NCBI GenBank assembly: GCA_021771265.1 | Contig: JAETPK010000001.1 | Location: forward strand, 1-59,289 | DNA: 59,289 nucleotides | From: Oscillospiraceae bacterium | GTDB lineage: Bacteria; Bacillota; Clostridia; Oscillospirales; Oscillospiraceae | Direction of reading: 5' to 3' | In this document: one piece after another, positions 10,160 through 20,450 of the stretch | Numbering within the stretch: the first letter of the stretch is position 1 | Layout of the letters: every line of letters begins with the position of its first letter | The notes under the pieces: generated by a model | Seen by the model: only the letters and a program-made list of their open reading frames with translations | The model's database searches: none | Told to the model about the DNA's origin: nothing | Program-made: the position numbers and the translations under genes

Positions 10160-11053
10160 ATGCGGTACACAGGACAGCGGAGACGGCGGCTGCGGCAGGC
10201 TAAGCGGGTCTGCCTGGGGCTGTTGGTCTGCTTTGCGCTGTGGTGCGCCTGGGGCTTGTGGCAGTCCTACCACCACCCAGCGACACGGACGTGGACGGTG
10301 GAGCTGTCCCGGCTGGACAGCCCGGTGCGGCTGGCGGTGCTCTCCGACCTTCATGACATGGACTTTGGCGAAGACAACCGCCGTTTGGCGGAGCTGACGG
10401 CGGCGGAGAGACCGGACCTTATCCTGCTGGACGGGGACATGCTCAACAGCTACTCCCGGGACAGCGGCCGGGTGTGCGCGCTGGTGAGGCGACTGGCGGA
10501 CATCGCGCCGGTCTATTATGCCTGGGGCAACCATGAACTGGAATACATGGAGCAAGGGACCTCACTCCTGGAGGCGGAGCTCACCGCCGCCGGCGCTGTG
10601 GTGCTGAATCGTTCCTTCGTGGACCTGACGGTGAACGGCCAGCGTCTTCGCCTGGGCGGGCTGTACGATTACGCCTTTGCGCTGGATGACTTCAACACCT
10701 GTGACCCCGCCCGCATGGACCCGGCGGTGTACGGCTTTCTGTCGGAGTTTCAGGATACGGACCGGTACCGCATCCTGTTGGCTCACCGGCCGGACAGCTT
10801 TGTGTTTGGGGAGGCCTCCGCTGCCTGGGATGTGGAGCTGGTCATCAGCGGCCATGACCACGGCGGTCAGGTGGTGCTGCCGTTTTTGGGCGGCGTATTC
10901 GGCGGGGACCAGGGGCTGTTTCCGGAGTATGTCCACGGCCTGTATAAAAAGGACAACATTCAGCTGGCTATCACCAGCGGTCTTGGCACCCACCGGGAGA
11001 AGCTGCCCCGGATGTGGGATCCACCGGAGATCGTGATCTTGAACTTGCGGTAA
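10160..11053 (+). CDS. Calcineurin-like metallophosphoesterase (YkuE-like), N-terminal TM
   Basis: SDLH, GDM, GNHE, LLAHRP and SGHDHGGQ motifs. Confidence 0.9.
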   Translation: MRYTGQRRRRLRQAKRVCLGLLVCFALWCAWGLWQSYHHPATRTWTVELSRLDSPVRLAVLSDLHDMDFGEDNRRLAELTAAERPDLILLDGDMLNSYSRDSGRVCALVRRLADIAPVYYAWGNHELEYMEQGTSLLEAELTAAGAVVLNRSFVDLTVNGQRLRLGGLYDYAFALDDFNTCDPARMDPAVYGFLSEFQDTDRYRILLAHRPDSFVFGEASAAWDVELVISGHDHGGQVVLPFLGGVFGGDQGLFPEYVHGLYKKDNIQLAITSGLGTHREKLPRMWDPPEIVILNLR

Positions 11054-11063
11054 AGGAAACGAG

Positions 11064-12305
11064 GTGAAAGCGCCTGTGGAACGGTATGAACAGCAGCTGC
11101 TGGAGGCCCTGCGGGCGTTTTTGCAGAGTGAGCCGGCCCGGCTCCTGCTGACAGAAAAGGAGGAGTGGGCGCGGCTGTGGGAGGCGGCGGCCCAGCAGAA
11201 GGTGCTGCCCATGGCGGCGGACGCCCTGGCGCCCGCGCTGCGGACCGGCGGCGGAGAGGCCATTCTGGCGGCGGTGCGGAAAACCGCCGTGCAGACCATG
11301 ACGGTGCAGTTCCACCGCAGCGCCATCTTCCTGGAGCTATACCAAAAGCTGCTGGAAAAAGGGACCCGCCCCCTGGTGGTGAAAGGGATCTTGTGCCGGG
11401 AGCTGTATCCGAAGCCGGACCTGCGGATCTCCGCGGATGAGGACCTGCTGGTGGCGGGGGAGGAACTGCCCACGGTGCTGGCGGTGCTGCGGAAGGCCGG
11501 CATGACGGTGGAGGACCCGGACGCGGAGCAGGTGCTGGCCTGCCGGGACAGCCGGACAGGACTGTATCTGGAGCTCCACCGGACGCTGTTTCCGGCGTCC
11601 TCGGAGGTGTACGGCGGACTGAACCGCTTTTTTGACGATGCGTTCACATGCGCTGTGGAAGTGCCGGTGGAAGGCGGGCACGTGTGGTCTCTATGTCCGG
11701 AGTCCCACTTGCTGTATCTCATTCTTCACAGCTTCAAGCACTTTCTCCACTCGGGCTTCGGCATCCGGCAGGTGTGCGATATCTGCCTGTTTACCGAGGC
11801 CTATGGCGCGGAGGTGAACTGGAACCGTTTGGCGGACCGGCTGGCCAAGGCCCGGGCGGATGTGTTTGCCGCCAACCTGCTGGCCATTGGCCGGGAACAC
11901 CTGGGCGTTTCCCGGTATCCGGAGGCGGCGGAGGCCTGGATGGCCGGCTTTGGAGATGAATTGGACTGCGGCGACCTGCTGGCGGACCTGCTGGCCAGCG
12001 GCATCTACGGCAGCAGCTCCCTTTCCCGGCAGCACAGCAGCCTCATCACCCTCAACGCGGTGAAGGCCGGCACCGGCAGCGGCGGGGGCGCCCACCGGGT
12101 GCTGCGGACGGTGTTCCCGCCCCGGAAGGACCTGCTCAGGGCCTATCCGTATCTGGAGCGGTATCCCTGGCTGCTGCCGGCGGCATGGGTCCAGCGGATC
12201 GGCCGCTATCAGAACCAGAGCGGGGGGACGGAGTCCGCCAGGGAGAGCCTTTCCATTGGCACTCAGCGGGTGGAGCTGCTGAAAAAATACCGGGTGATCC
12301 GATGA
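11064..12305 (+). CDS. Nucleotidyltransferase family protein (NTP_transf_5-like)
   Basis: LVVKG..CRELYPKPDLRISADEDLLV, LELH, HLLYLILHSFKHFLHSGFGIRQVCD. Confidence 0.82.
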   Translation: MKAPVERYEQQLLEALRAFLQSEPARLLLTEKEEWARLWEAAAQQKVLPMAADALAPALRTGGGEAILAAVRKTAVQTMTVQFHRSAIFLELYQKLLEKGTRPLVVKGILCRELYPKPDLRISADEDLLVAGEELPTVLAVLRKAGMTVEDPDAEQVLACRDSRTGLYLELHRTLFPASSEVYGGLNRFFDDAFTCAVEVPVEGGHVWSLCPESHLLYLILHSFKHFLHSGFGIRQVCDICLFTEAYGAEVNWNRLADRLAKARADVFAANLLAIGREHLGVSRYPEAAEAWMAGFGDELDCGDLLADLLASGIYGSSSLSRQHSSLITLNAVKAGTGSGGGAHRVLRTVFPPRKDLLRAYPYLERYPWLLPAAWVQRIGRYQNQSGGTESARESLSIGTQRVELLKKYRVIR

Positions 12306-12315
12306 ACGAAAGGGA

Positions 12316-12345
12316 GCGGGAGGGACGCAGGTCCCTCCCGTTTTT
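12316..12345 (+). terminator. Rho-independent terminator
   Basis: GCGGGAGGGAC-GCAG-GTCCCTCCCGT followed by TTTT. Confidence 0.75.
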
Positions 12346-12672
12346 GCGCGGCGCGTTTCAGGACGCGGCAATCAGCCGGGGACCGGTGGGGTGCCAAAAT
12401 CCGGCTCTCTCAGAGTGAGGTTGATGGCGTCCTGTTACTGGGTGGTCAGAGCGGCCATTTTACGGATGCCGGAGGCGGGACACGTCTGGGCACGCTGGGA
12501 GAGCGGCAAAGCCCCTTTCGTGTCAAACGTCTCGCTTTGGCCATGCGCGGCGGAAGGACCGCGTCTCTCCGGCATTTTGCCGGAAATACCGGAGGCAGCA
12601 GGGCGGGGAATACCTAACAAAAGCACGGTTACAAAATAGCGACAATTTTATGGGAATATTTGACATATATAT

Positions 12673-12701
12673 TTGACTTTGCCAGATAGCGGAGATATAA
12701 T
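12673..12701 (+). promoter_or_regulatory. Sigma-A promoter for the capD-like operon
   Basis: TTGACT, 17 bp, TATAAT. Confidence 0.7.
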
Positions 12702-12750
12702 AAAACAGATACTGGCGTAATAGAACTTTTTCTGGAAGGGAAGAAAGCGT

Positions 12751-14664
12751 GTGTCATTGTCGCGATTTCGCGGGCAGATCGTCCTGGCGGCGGATATTTG
12801 CCTGATCTTCATGTTCAACTTTCTCCTGTTTCTCCCGTCGCTTCTGCGCAGGGACATCCATCTCATCAATCTGGTGCTCCACATCGGCCTGCTGACGGTC
12901 TGTGTCCTGGTGTTCCAGCTGGTGTTCCGGACGTACAACACCCTTTGGCGCTACGCGGAGAGCCGGGAGTATTTCGTGCTGCTCATGGGCATGAGCCTGG
13001 GCTTTCTGCTGTACAGCGGCGTGAATCTGCTGCTGGGCACCGAGCGCATCTGGATCACTCAGGCCTTGACGGGCTCATCCCTGGCGCTGTTGGCCATGCT
13101 GGTGATGCGGTTCGTGTACCGTACATACCGGACGAAGATCACCAGCCGCTCCGCGGAGGGGCGCAGCCACGCGGCCATTATCGGCGCCGGCGCCGTGGGG
13201 GTGTCGCTGCTGGGAGAGCTGGTGAACAATCCCCAGGGCCGCTATATCCCCTATTGCCTGGTGGACGACGCACCGGATAAAGTGGGCAAGCGGGTGCTGG
13301 GCGTTCCCGTTCTGGGCCCTATCAACGACCTACGGGAGCTGCTGCAGAACACGCCGGTGACAGAGATCATCCTGGCCATTCCCAACCTTTCCCCCCGTCG
13401 GCAGACGGAGATCCTGCGGCTGTGTGCCGCCACCAACTGCCGCCTCCACATCCTGTCGGACCCCATGTCCCAGCTGAAGGGGGAAAAGACCTCCCTGGCG
13501 GCCAGCGTCCGGGAGGTGCAGATCGAGGATCTGCTGGGCCGGCAGGCCATTCAGTTGGACAACTGCCGCATCAAGAAGTTTATCTGCGGCAAGACCGTGC
13601 TGGTCACTGGCGGCGGCGGGTCTATCGGCTCGGAGCTGTGCCGCCAGATCGCCGGATATGCCCCCCGGCAGCTGGTGATCTTGGACATTGCGGAAAATAC
13701 CACCTACGATCTGCAAAACGACCTTTTGCATCTTCACGGTGCGGATTTCCCTCTTTCAGTGGAGATCGCGTCGGTGCGGGACCGAAAGAAGATCGACCGG
13801 ATCTTCGCGAAATACCAGCCCCAGCTGGTATTTCATGCAGCGGCACATAAACATGTGCCGCTGATGGAGAACTGTCCGGAGGAGGCCATTAAAAACAATG
13901 TGTTCGGCACCTACAATACCGCCTCCGCCGCGAAAAAATACGGAGCGGAGAAGTTTGTGCTGATCTCCACGGACAAGGCGGTGAATCCCACCAACATCAT
14001 GGGTACGACCAAGTACTTGTGCGAACAGGTGCTGCAGGGTCTGCGGGCGGGCAGCCGCACGGAGTTCGCGGCGGTGCGCTTCGGCAATGTGCTGGGCTCC
14101 AACGGCTCCGTCATCCCCCTGTTTAAAAAGCAGATCGCCTACGGCGGCCCCGTCACCATTACGGACAAGCGGATCATCCGCTATTTCATGACCATCCCGG
14201 AGGCGGTGCAGCTGGTGCTGGAGGCCGGCTCCTTTGCCCGCAGCGGCGAGGTCTATGTGCTGGACATGGGGGAGCCTGTCCACATTTTGGACTTGGCGGA
14301 AAAGCTCATCCGGCTGTCCGGCTACACGCCCTATGTGGACATCAAAATCGAGGAGGTGGGCCTGCGGCCCGGTGAGAAGCTCTATGAGGAGCTGCTGACC
14401 CAGAGCGCGGACCTGCGCAGGACGGAAAATGAAAAGATATTCGTGGAGGAAAAGCCCATCATCGAAGAAAGTGACCTGAAGGACTGGCTGGAGGAGTTGG
14501 CCGCCGTTGTGGAGACCGGAAGCCGCCAGCAGATATTCCAGGTGCTCCACCAGCTGGTGCCCACCTTCCGCAGCCCGGAAGATGTGAACCGGGAGGCCAT
14601 CCAGGCCGTCCGGGAGGGACAGGCTGCCCATTTGGAGGACCTGGCCCTTGTACAGAATGTGTAA
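12751..14664 (+). CDS. CapD/PglF-like membrane-bound NDP-sugar 4,6-dehydratase/epimerase
   Basis: N-terminal TMs, IIGAG, IEDLLGR, VTGGGGSIGSELC, FHAAAHKHVP, ISTDKAVNPTNIMG, VRFGNVLGS, RYFMTIPEA and GLRPGEKLYEEL. Confidence 0.92.
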   Translation: MSLSRFRGQIVLAADICLIFMFNFLLFLPSLLRRDIHLINLVLHIGLLTVCVLVFQLVFRTYNTLWRYAESREYFVLLMGMSLGFLLYSGVNLLLGTERIWITQALTGSSLALLAMLVMRFVYRTYRTKITSRSAEGRSHAAIIGAGAVGVSLLGELVNNPQGRYIPYCLVDDAPDKVGKRVLGVPVLGPINDLRELLQNTPVTEIILAIPNLSPRRQTEILRLCAATNCRLHILSDPMSQLKGEKTSLAASVREVQIEDLLGRQAIQLDNCRIKKFICGKTVLVTGGGGSIGSELCRQIAGYAPRQLVILDIAENTTYDLQNDLLHLHGADFPLSVEIASVRDRKKIDRIFAKYQPQLVFHAAAHKHVPLMENCPEEAIKNNVFGTYNTASAAKKYGAEKFVLISTDKAVNPTNIMGTTKYLCEQVLQGLRAGSRTEFAAVRFGNVLGSNGSVIPLFKKQIAYGGPVTITDKRIIRYFMTIPEAVQLVLEAGSFARSGEVYVLDMGEPVHILDLAEKLIRLSGYTPYVDIKIEEVGLRPGEKLYEELLTQSADLRRTENEKIFVEEKPIIEESDLKDWLEELAAVVETGSRQQIFQVLHQLVPTFRSPEDVNREAIQAVREGQAAHLEDLALVQNV

Positions 14665-14680
14665 AAGCGAGGAACGAGCA

Positions 14681-15382
14681 ATGAAAAAAGGCGTGAAGAT
14701 CGCATTTGGTATCGTGGGTGTCCTGGCGGCAGGCGCCGCGGCCTTGACGGCATGGCAGTGGAACAATATCAACGCTCTGCGCTACGGCTTGACCCTGGAT
14801 AAGGATACCATCGACCAAAGGCTCCAGGACAATGAGCAGGCTCTGAGCGACGCCATGGCGGAGTACAATATCCAGGGCTATACCTTCTCCCAGGAGGAGA
14901 TCGCCCAGCTGGCGGACGGAACGCTCTCAACGGAGGAGGCGGCCAAGAGACTGCTGGAGGGACAGACGCCCCTGGCGGCGTCGCCGGAGGGAGCGTCCGG
15001 CCAGCAGGGAAATGGCTCCCAGGAGGCCGGGGCCCAGTCCGAAACCGATCAGGCCATTCAGGAGCAGATCGCTGCCATGTACGTGTTGCGGAGCACCTAT
15101 GTGGGCAAGCTGGAGACCATCGCCCAATCCGCCATTGACGAGTATACCGCCGGCGAGCACACGGAGGAAAACCGCAAACAGGTGGTCTATGACAAGCTGG
15201 ACCAGCTGACAGAGCTGGAAAAGGAATGCGACGCTCAGGTGGCCCAGGTGGTGTCCCGCCTGCGGGAGCTTTTGAAGGAAGCCGGACGGGACGATTCCCT
15301 GGCCAAGCAGGTGGAGGAGACGTACCAGAACGAAAAGAGCCTGAAAAAGGCGGCCTACCTGGAGGAATTCCAGAACGGCTGA
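14681..15382 (+). CDS. Hypothetical membrane-anchored helical protein
   Basis: MKKGVKIAFGIVGVLAAGAAA anchor, then an acidic helical region; GAGG RBS; packed in the operon. Confidence 0.7.
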   Translation: MKKGVKIAFGIVGVLAAGAAALTAWQWNNINALRYGLTLDKDTIDQRLQDNEQALSDAMAEYNIQGYTFSQEEIAQLADGTLSTEEAAKRLLEGQTPLAASPEGASGQQGNGSQEAGAQSETDQAIQEQIAAMYVLRSTYVGKLETIAQSAIDEYTAGEHTEENRKQVVYDKLDQLTELEKECDAQVAQVVSRLRELLKEAGRDDSLAKQVEETYQNEKSLKKAAYLEEFQNG

Positions 15383-15398
15383 CACGGCGGAGGACAGC

Positions 15399-16142
15399 AT
15401 GATCGATCTGCACTGCCATATCCTGCCGGAGGTGGACGACGGCGCCGCCTCCGAGGAGGAGAGCTGCCTGATGGCCCGCATGGCGGCGGAAAGCGGCGTC
15501 ACGGCCCTGGCCGCCACGCCCCACTGCGGCGTGCCCGGACAGTTTGAAAACTTTGCGGACGAACGTCTGATGGACAGCTTCACCGGCCTGGAGCGGCTGC
15601 TGGAACGGGAGGGCATCCCCCTGCGGCTGTACACGGGCATGGAGGTGTTCGTAACGGAGCAGACGCCCCGCCATCTGCGGGAGGGGCGGCTTTTGACTCT
15701 GGGCGGCAGCCGGTATCTGCTGGTGGAATTCGGCTTTGATGAGGAGCCGGACTTCGCGGAGCGGATGCTGGGAGAACTGCTGGAGGCCGACGTGGTGCCG
15801 GTGGTGGCCCACCCGGAGCGGTATCATTTTGTCCAGCCGCGGCCGGAGCGCCTGCTGCGGTGGGCGGAAATGGGCTGCGCCCTGCAAGTCAACAAGGGAA
15901 GCCTTCTGGGCCGGTTTGGCCGGCGGGCGGCCCAGACGGCCCGCTGGTGCCTGGGGGAGGGCTGCGTCCACCTGCTGGGCAGCGACGCCCACAGTCCCTG
16001 GCGCAGGACGACCCGCATGGAGGAAGCCTGGGCGTATGCGGCGGACTTTGATTCGCCGGAGATCGCGGATTTTTTGCTGCGGGACAACCCGCGCCGCATC
16101 CTGGAGGACCGGCCCGTCCGGCCGGTCCTGGCGGAATTTTGA
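15399..16142 (+). CDS. CpsB/CapC-family PHP tyrosine phosphatase
   Basis: MIDLHCHILPEVDDGA, ATPH, YLLVEF, VAHPERY and GSDAH. Confidence 0.92.
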   Translation: MIDLHCHILPEVDDGAASEEESCLMARMAAESGVTALAATPHCGVPGQFENFADERLMDSFTGLERLLEREGIPLRLYTGMEVFVTEQTPRHLREGRLLTLGGSRYLLVEFGFDEEPDFAERMLGELLEADVVPVVAHPERYHFVQPRPERLLRWAEMGCALQVNKGSLLGRFGRRAAQTARWCLGEGCVHLLGSDAHSPWRRTTRMEEAWAYAADFDSPEIADFLLRDNPRRILEDRPVRPVLAEF

Positions 16143-16160
16143 ACATCCCAAGGAGAACGT

Positions 16161-16964
16161 ATGAGAAAACTTCGCATCATCACCCTGGTCTGCTTCCTAC
16201 TTTCGGCGGCGGCCCTGGGAGCTTCCACGGCCTATCAGGTCTGGAGCGAGGACAAGACCATCCCTGTCATCGACTGCCCGGAGGAGCCGCTGGTGCTGTC
16301 TGTGAAGGACAGCGGCACCGAGGTGCTGATGCGGGATGTGACCGCTTATGATGAAAAGGACGGCGACCTGACGGACCAGCTGCTGCTGGAGGGGATCGAC
16401 CGCGCCGCTGACGGCGATATCACCGTCACCTACGTGGTGGTGGACAGCGACCATCATGTGACCAGCCGCAGCCGGACCCTGCAATACACGGACTATACGC
16501 CGCCTCGTTTTGCCCTGTCCAAGGAGCTGCGCTATTCCATGGGCAGCAGCGTCCGCATCAAGGACCGGCTGACAGCCACGGACGTGGTGGACGGCGACCT
16601 GTCGGACCGCATCAAGGTGAACTCCAATGACCTCTCTCCCTATTACGAGGGCACGTATCCCGTGACCTTTGAGGTCACCAACAGCCTGGGCGACACCGCC
16701 TCCCTCACCATGGACGTGGTGGTGCGGAATTACGCCGCCGGCGAGCCCCGCATCACCCTGACGCAGTATCTGGTGTACCGGAAGGTGGGAGAGCGCTTTG
16801 ACGCCAGTGCCTATCTGGCTTCTGTCAGCGGCGGGGCGGCAGAGGACGTGGCCATCCAAATGCCGGAGGGCGGACTGTCCGCCGGCGTCAGCCGGGTGAC
16901 CTATTCCTGCGTGGGAGAAAACGGGACCGTGGGCTCCGCCGTCCTCTATGTTGTGACCGAGTGA
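16161..16964 (+). CDS. Secreted or membrane-anchored Ig-like repeat protein (DUF5011-like)
   Basis: Signal/anchor followed by repeated VTAYDEKDGDLTD / LTATDVVDGDLSD...GTYPVTFEVTNSLG motifs. Confidence 0.7.
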   Translation: MRKLRIITLVCFLLSAAALGASTAYQVWSEDKTIPVIDCPEEPLVLSVKDSGTEVLMRDVTAYDEKDGDLTDQLLLEGIDRAADGDITVTYVVVDSDHHVTSRSRTLQYTDYTPPRFALSKELRYSMGSSVRIKDRLTATDVVDGDLSDRIKVNSNDLSPYYEGTYPVTFEVTNSLGDTASLTMDVVVRNYAAGEPRITLTQYLVYRKVGERFDASAYLASVSGGAAEDVAIQMPEGGLSAGVSRVTYSCVGENGTVGSAVLYVVTE

Positions 16965-16974
16965 GGAAACGAAT

Positions 16975-18432
16975 ATGGATGAACAACAGAATTTTCGATG
17001 GACGGACCTGAATCTGTTCTGCCTGCTGCGCCGGCTGGGCCGGGACATTTTGCTGGTGGTGGCGGCGGGCCTCATTGCGGCCATGCTGACCGAGACGGCG
17101 GTCCAAAACCTGTACAAGCCGGAGTATACGGCCAGTGCCACCATGGCGGTCAGCGTGAAAAGCGGCGGATATTCCTCCGTTTTGTCCAATCTGAACATGT
17201 CCTCGGAGATCGCGGACACCTTTACCAAGCTGTTTGAAAGCAATATGTTCGGCGGCATCGCCAGCAGCAAGCTGGGCACCAGCAGCCTGCCCGGCCGGCT
17301 GACGGCCTCCGTCCTGCCGGAGACGAACATCCTGACGCTGCGGGTGACGGCCGACTCCCCGGAGGATGCCTTCCGGACACTGCAGCTGTTGCTGGACAAT
17401 TATGACACGGTCTCGGAATACGTGTTCCAAAACGTGATCCTGAAAGAGCTGGACAGCCCTTCCGTACCGGTGCGGCCCTCCAATCCCGTGGACCGGGGAC
17501 AGCTCCTGAAGCGGGCCTTCATAGGCGGCGCCGGCGCCATGATGGTGCTGCTGCTGGCTATTGCCGTCCTGTCTGACACGGTGCAGACCTCCGAGGCTGT
17601 GCGGCGGAAGCTGGACGTGAAGCTGTTTGCCACCATTCACCATGAGGAAAAGAACAAGACCCTGCGCACAAAACTGAAAAAGGCCAACAAGGGCCTGCTC
17701 ATCACCATGCCGGTGGCCAGCTTCTATTTCACGGAGGAGGTCTACAAGCTGGGGACAAAGGTGGACTATGCCGCCCGTCATGGGGAGCGGAAGGTCATCC
17801 TGGTCACCAGCGTGGCGGAGAACGAGGGCAAGTCCACTGTGGCCGCCAACCTGGCCCTGTCCTTGACCCAGGGGGGGCGGAAGGTGCTGCTCATCGACGC
17901 GGACCTCCACAAAGCCGCCCAGTATAAGCTGTTCCACTGCAAGCCGGCGGTGGAGCTGGCGGATATCCTCCAGGGCATGGCGCCCTATGAGCCGAAGCTG
18001 CTGGAAAGGCAGAACCTGTACACCCTGTTTTCCACCAAGAGCAGCGACGGCGCCGCGGAGCTGATCGCCTCCCGGGAGATGGGGGATCTGCTGGATAAGG
18101 CCCGGGAGGAGATGGACTACATCGTCATCGATTCCCCGCCCACGGCCCTGTTTTCCGATGCGGAGGCCCTGGCGGACCGGGCGGATCTGTCGCTGCTGGT
18201 GGTGCGCCAGGACGTGACCCCGGCCCGGCGCATCAATGACACGGTGGATGTTCTGAACCAATGCCGGGCGGAGCTGCTGGGCTGCGTATTCAATGATGTG
18301 CGGGGTGTGCCCTTCTCCAATGACCACTACAGCTATGGCTACGGTTATGGCTACGGCGAATATTACAGTCAAAAGTCCAAAAGCGGAAAAATGACGGACA
18401 AGCAGTCGGAGGGGACTCATGGAAGAGCTTAA
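16975..18432 (+). CDS. Fused CpsC/CpsD (Wzc-like) bacterial tyrosine kinase, copy 1
   Basis: Wzz-like TM-loop-TM; Walker A SVAENEGKS, A' LLIDADL, B IVIDSPP; Tyr cluster YSYGYGYGYGEYY. Confidence 0.88.
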   Translation: MDEQQNFRWTDLNLFCLLRRLGRDILLVVAAGLIAAMLTETAVQNLYKPEYTASATMAVSVKSGGYSSVLSNLNMSSEIADTFTKLFESNMFGGIASSKLGTSSLPGRLTASVLPETNILTLRVTADSPEDAFRTLQLLLDNYDTVSEYVFQNVILKELDSPSVPVRPSNPVDRGQLLKRAFIGGAGAMMVLLLAIAVLSDTVQTSEAVRRKLDVKLFATIHHEEKNKTLRTKLKKANKGLLITMPVASFYFTEEVYKLGTKVDYAARHGERKVILVTSVAENEGKSTVAANLALSLTQGGRKVLLIDADLHKAAQYKLFHCKPAVELADILQGMAPYEPKLLERQNLYTLFSTKSSDGAAELIASREMGDLLDKAREEMDYIVIDSPPTALFSDAEALADRADLSLLVVRQDVTPARRINDTVDVLNQCRAELLGCVFNDVRGVPFSNDHYSYGYGYGYGEYYSQKSKSGKMTDKQSEGTHGRA

Positions 18433-19882
18433 AAAAGACCAGGAAGAACTGGAGAAGATCGACATTTTCCGGGTCCTTCAGGAGTTTTGGAAGGCTTTTT
18501 GCCGGCTGTGGTGGCTGCCGTTCCTTTTGGCGGCGGTCTGCGGCGGCCTGCTGGGCCTGCGGGCCTGGCGGAGCTATACGCCCATGTACGCCTCCCAGGT
18601 GACATTTACCATCCGGACGGCAGATTCCTCCCTGACGGACATCGGCGGCAGCACCAGCTATTACAACAAGGCCACGGCGGAGCAGCTGACGAAGACCTTT
18701 CCTTACCTGGTCCAGTCAGACCTGATGAAAAGCAAGCTGCGTCAGGCCATGGGCGTGAGTTGGATCAACGGCAATATCACCGCCCAGACGGTGGATAACA
18801 CCAGCCTGTTTTCCCTGCGGGTCACCAGCACGTCGGCCCAGGACGCCTATGACATCCTGGTGGCGGTGACGGAGGTGTATCCCCAGGTGGCGGATTACGT
18901 CATCGGCAACACGGAGATGAACGTTCTGACGCAGCCGGAGGTGGCCGCGGAGCCCTACAATGCGTTCCGGCCCGTTCCCACTGTCTGCAAGGGCGCTTTT
19001 CTGGGGGCGTTTTTGGGGCTGCTGGTCATTTTGATGTACGCCTTCACCCGGCGCAGCATCCGGGACCCGGAGGATATCCGGCGGAAGCTGAACCAGACCT
19101 GTATCGCCACATTGCCCAAGGTCACGTTCAAGCGGCGGGGCAATGCCATTGATAAAAGCATCTCTGTTTTGAACCAGCGGGTGGACGGCGCCTTCCGGGA
19201 GAGCGTGCGGAGCATGCGCATCAAATTCCTGCGGGAGGCACAGAAGCAGCGGGCCAAGGTGGTCATGGTCACCAGCACGCTGCCCGGAGAGGGCAAGACC
19301 ACGGCGGCGGTGAACCTGGCCCTGACCCTCAGTCAAAACGGAGCGCGGGTCATCCTGGTGGACCTGGACCTGCGCAATCCCTCTGTGAAAAAGGCACTGG
19401 GGGTGCGGCAGGCCTCCAAGGGCATGCCGGAGCTGCTGGCAGACCTCACCGCGGAGCCAACGAAGGAGCTGCTGCGTCTGGACCACAGCCGCCTCGCCCT
19501 GCTGGCGGGGGACAGTAGCGCGGCGGACCCCCGGCGGCAGCTCAGCTCCCGCCGGCTGGGCGCCATTCTGGACACGCTGCGGCAGGAGGCAGACTACATC
19601 GTGCTGGACACGCCGCCCTGCGGCATCCTGGCGGACAGTGCCGGCGTAGCCCGGCTGGCGGACTGCACCCTGTATGTGATCCGCGCCGGCGCCGTGGAGG
19701 TGTCCCACATCATGGACAGCCTGCAGTTCCTGGCGGAAAGCGGCACCCGGATGGTCGGCTGCGTGCTCAACGGCGTGCAGCCCGGGCAGGGCGGCTACGG
19801 TTACGGCTATGGCTACGGTTACGGCGGCTATGGCTATGGAAAGTACAATGCCCGCCGCAAGAGCAAGGCGGAGGAGCTGTAG
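18419..19882 (+). CDS. Fused CpsC/CpsD (Wzc-like) bacterial tyrosine kinase, copy 2
   Basis: Same architecture; STLPGEGKT, LVDLDLRNP, IVLDTPP; Tyr cluster GYGYGYGYGYGGYGYGKY. Confidence 0.88.
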   Translation: MEELKKDQEELEKIDIFRVLQEFWKAFCRLWWLPFLLAAVCGGLLGLRAWRSYTPMYASQVTFTIRTADSSLTDIGGSTSYYNKATAEQLTKTFPYLVQSDLMKSKLRQAMGVSWINGNITAQTVDNTSLFSLRVTSTSAQDAYDILVAVTEVYPQVADYVIGNTEMNVLTQPEVAAEPYNAFRPVPTVCKGAFLGAFLGLLVILMYAFTRRSIRDPEDIRRKLNQTCIATLPKVTFKRRGNAIDKSISVLNQRVDGAFRESVRSMRIKFLREAQKQRAKVVMVTSTLPGEGKTTAAVNLALTLSQNGARVILVDLDLRNPSVKKALGVRQASKGMPELLADLTAEPTKELLRLDHSRLALLAGDSSAADPRRQLSSRRLGAILDTLRQEADYIVLDTPPCGILADSAGVARLADCTLYVIRAGAVEVSHIMDSLQFLAESGTRMVGCVLNGVQPGQGGYGYGYGYGYGGYGYGKYNARRKSKAEEL

Positions 19883-19893
19883 CGCACGGCCGG

Positions 19894-19936
19894 GAAGAAG
19901 CTGCCGGAGAAGTCCCGGGCAGCTTCTTCTCTTTTT
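19894..19936 (+). terminator. Terminator-like hairpin between kinase 2 and the S26 peptidase
   Basis: GAAGAAGCTGCC...GGCAGCTTCTTC followed by TCTTTTT. Confidence 0.6.
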
Positions 19937-19955
19937 CAGAGAGGGGAGGGGAGCC

Positions 19956-20450
19956 ATGGAACCGAAAAAGCGCATCGTGGATATCCACACCTACCTGCCG
20001 GTGCTGATGGAGCTTTTGGAGCAAGGGGAGAGCGTCAGTCTTACCGTCACGGGCAACAGCATGGCCCCCTTCCTGATCCATGGGCGGGACCAGATCAGCT
20101 TTCAAAAGCCCGCCGCGCCTTTAAAGCCGGGGGACATGGCCTTTTTCCGCCGGGAGAGCGGGGAGTATGTCATGCACCGGGTCCTGCGGGTGGAGAAGGG
20201 CGGATACTTCCTGGTGGGGGACGGCCAGCAGGAAGTGGAGGGACCGATCCGCCCCGGACAGGTGTTCGCCGTGGTGACGCAGGTGTGCCGCAAGGGCCGC
20301 TGGATCGGGCCCGGGGACTTCTGGTGGGACTTTTTTGCCGGTCCCTGGCTGCGGCTATTGCCGCTGCGGCCCCTGCTGCGGCGGCTGTACGGCGTGTATT
20401 TCCGTATGTTCAGGAGAGGAGGGCGTGACCATGACACAGCCGGATCATGA
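19956..20450 (+). CDS. S24/S26-family peptidase (Ser/His type)
   Basis: VTGNSMAPFL (catalytic Ser), GDMAFFRR, YVMHRV (His) and GDG; GGAGGG RBS. Confidence 0.8.
   Translation: MEPKKRIVDIHTYLPVLMELLEQGESVSLTVTGNSMAPFLIHGRDQISFQKPAAPLKPGDMAFFRRESGEYVMHRVLRVEKGGYFLVGDGQQEVEGPIRPGQVFAVVTQVCRKGRWIGPGDFWWDFFAGPWLRLLPLRPLLRRLYGVYFRMFRRGGRDHDTAGS

Noticed and set aside
12346-12650. Riboswitch (e.g. c-di-GMP) or small ORF in the gap before capD
   Set aside because: No convincing aptamer motifs; the segment lies upstream of the predicted promoter; the short ORFs have no RBS or coding signal.
19792-19840. GGCTAY/GGTTAC hexamer run as a phase-variable repeat
   Set aside because: It is in frame, degenerate at third positions, and simply encodes the kinase Gly-Tyr cluster.
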